NCBI GenBank assembly: GCA_041571435.1
Contig: JBFFUI010000017.1
Coordinates: 1-40,561 of the forward strand
Reading direction: 5' to 3'
Source of the DNA: Sulfurimonadaceae bacterium
GTDB taxonomy: Bacteria > Campylobacterota > Campylobacteria > Campylobacterales > Sulfurimonadaceae
DNA length: 40,561 nucleotides
The notes beneath the pieces were generated by a model. That model was not told the DNA's origin. It searched no databases and was given only the letters and a program-made list of their open reading frames with translations. Shown here piece after piece: positions 38,693-40,561 of this stretch (within the stretch, counting starts at the first letter, position 1; each line of letters opens with the position of its first letter). Position numbers and translations under genes: made by a program.

Positions 38693-38762
38693 GATGGCAT
38701 TATAGCACTGAAAGACTTGGTTAACGGGCGGTAAATGTTTACAATCCGTTAGTGTAGATAGC

Positions 38763-38807
38763 CTATACTTTTACTACCTCAATGATTGAGATTATTGAGT
38801 TTTTCAT
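38763..38807 (-). CDS. Possible 14-aa small ORF MKNSIISIIEVVKV
   Basis: AAGGAG SD 9 nt before ATG 38807; too short for the ORF track. Confidence 0.3.
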   Translation of the reverse strand: MKNSIISIIEVVKV

Positions 38808-38914
38808 TTTTACACACTCCTTAAGTTCAAAGTTTGGCCGGGTCTCTTTCATTTACCCGGACTTACACTTTTCTCCTATCTTCAACATAAAAAATCTCTT
38901 TTTCAATTGGCCAT

Positions 38915-40237
38915 TCAATCCCGAAGTCCGAAATAAAACTCCAGCAAAGCTTTTAGATAGTAATTTGCCTTGAATGCATACTGATCATCATATGATACGA
39001 TAGGCTGCAGTCTATAGACGATATATTTTCGTTTCGCCTGCTTGCTCCAGTTCAACCCGACAGCGTAACGGTATACGCCCCGTTTCGGTATGTATCCGTC
39101 TTGTGTTGCCGGCTGCTCTTTGGTACGTCCGTACATCCCAAGATAGGGCGTAAAGTTTCCGTATTTTCCCAACGTAAAACTGAGTGTCGGCTGCACAAAA
39201 TAGTTCATACCGTCGACGCCGGTGATTGTTGAGCGCTGTGTCAGCAATGAAAAGATCATCTGGCTTACAATTCTGCGCTTTACCTCCAGGTTCGTCCACT
39301 CCTCAAATGCATCTTCGGCCGAGTATCTGAATGTTTGATTCGGCAGGATCAGCCATTGACTGAAAAGTGCCTCATAGCTAAAAGCGATTTTGGCGTAAGG
39401 GTTGCTCACTCCGGAGAAACCCAAGCGGATTCGGGTCTTTACCGGATCGGTCAGGCCAAGAAGATTGTTCATGCCCAATGCAACACTGTTGTCGCGCTCT
39501 GCTTCGGTCCCCTCCAGAGAAATATCTGAACTGTTTTTAGTGTCATCACCGATGATCAGATCAAATTTCTCCTGTGTTCTGGGAATGCTCACACGGGCTG
39601 CGATGCTGTAGATATAGTCATCATCGCCGCGATGGTTATAGGCATAGCCGCCGCGCAAGCGTACATAGCTCCGGTTGGTCCTGTCCAAAAATGTATCATC
39701 GATGTTCTTGCCACTAAACCACGTTGATATTAGATAGGTCTGCTCCCCTCTGCGATTGTCGGGTGAATAAAGTTGTTCCGGCAGCTCTAATTTACCAGTC
39801 TGCGACAGGAGATACTGTTCCAGCTTCTCACTGTTCTCATTGGAAAAACCGTCTTCAAAAAAGTTTCTTTCGGCTTTTCTACGCACTTCTTTTTTCTGCG
39901 TCACGTTGGCATCAGCGCGGCGTTCGCCAGGTGCATAATTAGTTAGCAGATGATACAGGGTGTAATCGATACCCGAGCCGACAACGATGACGGCATCGGT
40001 GCCATAGAGATAGGTCGCATCAAGATTGGTTAAAAAATAGTGGTCGTAGGCCTGCAGAAAGTTGCGGTAGTAGAACCAGTTCCTGGCAGTAACATTGTCG
40101 TCAAGCGCCATTGTTTGGTTATTGTCATCAGTGGTGTTTCCCTCATGGGAGATCACGGTTTCATATAGAAGTGTGTCAGCGGCATAAAGTGAGGTAGCGG
40201 ACACAATTATAAAGAGAACGCAGATAAGTTGTCTCAA
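38915..40237 (-). CDS. Exported hypothetical protein, probable outer-membrane beta-barrel
   Basis: TTG start after GGAG, signal peptide (..SLYA), beta-strand-rich C-terminal half ending LEFYF. Confidence 0.7.
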   Translation of the reverse strand: MRQLICVLFIIVSATSLYAADTLLYETVISHEGNTTDDNNQTMALDDNVTARNWFYYRNFLQAYDHYFLTNLDATYLYGTDAVIVVGSGIDYTLYHLLTNYAPGERRADANVTQKKEVRRKAERNFFEDGFSNENSEKLEQYLLSQTGKLELPEQLYSPDNRRGEQTYLISTWFSGKNIDDTFLDRTNRSYVRLRGGYAYNHRGDDDYIYSIAARVSIPRTQEKFDLIIGDDTKNSSDISLEGTEAERDNSVALGMNNLLGLTDPVKTRIRLGFSGVSNPYAKIAFSYEALFSQWLILPNQTFRYSAEDAFEEWTNLEVKRRIVSQMIFSLLTQRSTITGVDGMNYFVQPTLSFTLGKYGNFTPYLGMYGRTKEQPATQDGYIPKRGVYRYAVGLNWSKQAKRKYIVYRLQPIVSYDDQYAFKANYYLKALLEFYFGLRD

Positions 40238-40329
40238 ATAGTACTCCACATAAAAATGATGAAAATAAAAGGGTATAGTCAACAGTATATCAATAATGTG
40301 TTTGTGTTATGAAGTCAGATTATGAAGGT

Positions 40330-40404
40330 TGGATGGGGTAGAGGGATTCGAACCCCCGAATATCGGTACCAAAAACCGAGGCCTTACCGCTTGGCGATAC
40401 CCCA
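40330..40404 (-). tRNA. tRNA-Gln(TTG)
   Basis: Reverse complement TGGGGTATCGCCAAGCGGTAAGGC...TT-TTG-GT...GTTCGAATC...CCA. Confidence 0.96.
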
Positions 40405-40431
40405 ATATTTATGAAAGTTATTTTTGTAATT

Positions 40432-40508
<77 letters not shown>

Positions 40509-40517
40509 ACACTTAAA

Positions 40518-40561
40518 TGGTGCGGACGAGAGGACTTGAACCTCCACACCGTAAGGCACCA
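40518..40561 (-). tRNA. Partial tRNA, probably Leu (3' half; anticodon outside window)
   Basis: Reverse complement shows a long variable arm (GCCTTACGG), GGTTCAAGTCC T-arm and ...GCACCA end with discriminator A. Confidence 0.8.

Noticed and set aside
38915-40404. Genomic island integrated at tRNA-Gln (also considered for tRNA-Pro and tRNA-Ala)
   Set aside because: Flanks are AT-rich, but I found no integrase, no duplicated tRNA 3' end and no transposase.

Overview
Core-chromosome window (~49% GC by eye) from a free-living Campylobacterota (epsilonproteobacterium), most likely Sulfurimonadaceae-like. This is inferred from gene content: rpsU sequence, OprD-type porin, YajQ-HTH pair, SUV3-like helicase and -10-only promoters. 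It holds about 40 CDS and 5 tRNA genes (Pro-GGG, Ala-GGC, Gln-TTG, fMet-CAT, partial Leu). Recognisable genes are modE, modA, modB, modC, pfkA, recQ, dnaG, rpsU, purT, metE, yajQ, mscS and an frdA/frdB-like pair. No mobile element, prophage or CRISPR array is supported. The most notable observations are: (1) a ~465-nt metE leader carrying a Cys-rich upstream ORF ending in GVHPP, with its ribosome-binding site locked in a perfect 10-bp stem; (2) three tandem ModE boxes in front of an outer-membrane porin that heads the modABC operon; (3) an orphan secreted 12-Cys peptide with three MKCGAGKCG repeats; (4) an anchorless fumarate reductase-like pair lacking the covalent-FAD His and carrying an extra cluster Cys; (5) a 39-bp promoter element shared by dnaG and an AEC transporter; (6) at least eight apparently leaderless genes. 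All product calls come from motif recognition; no searches were run.
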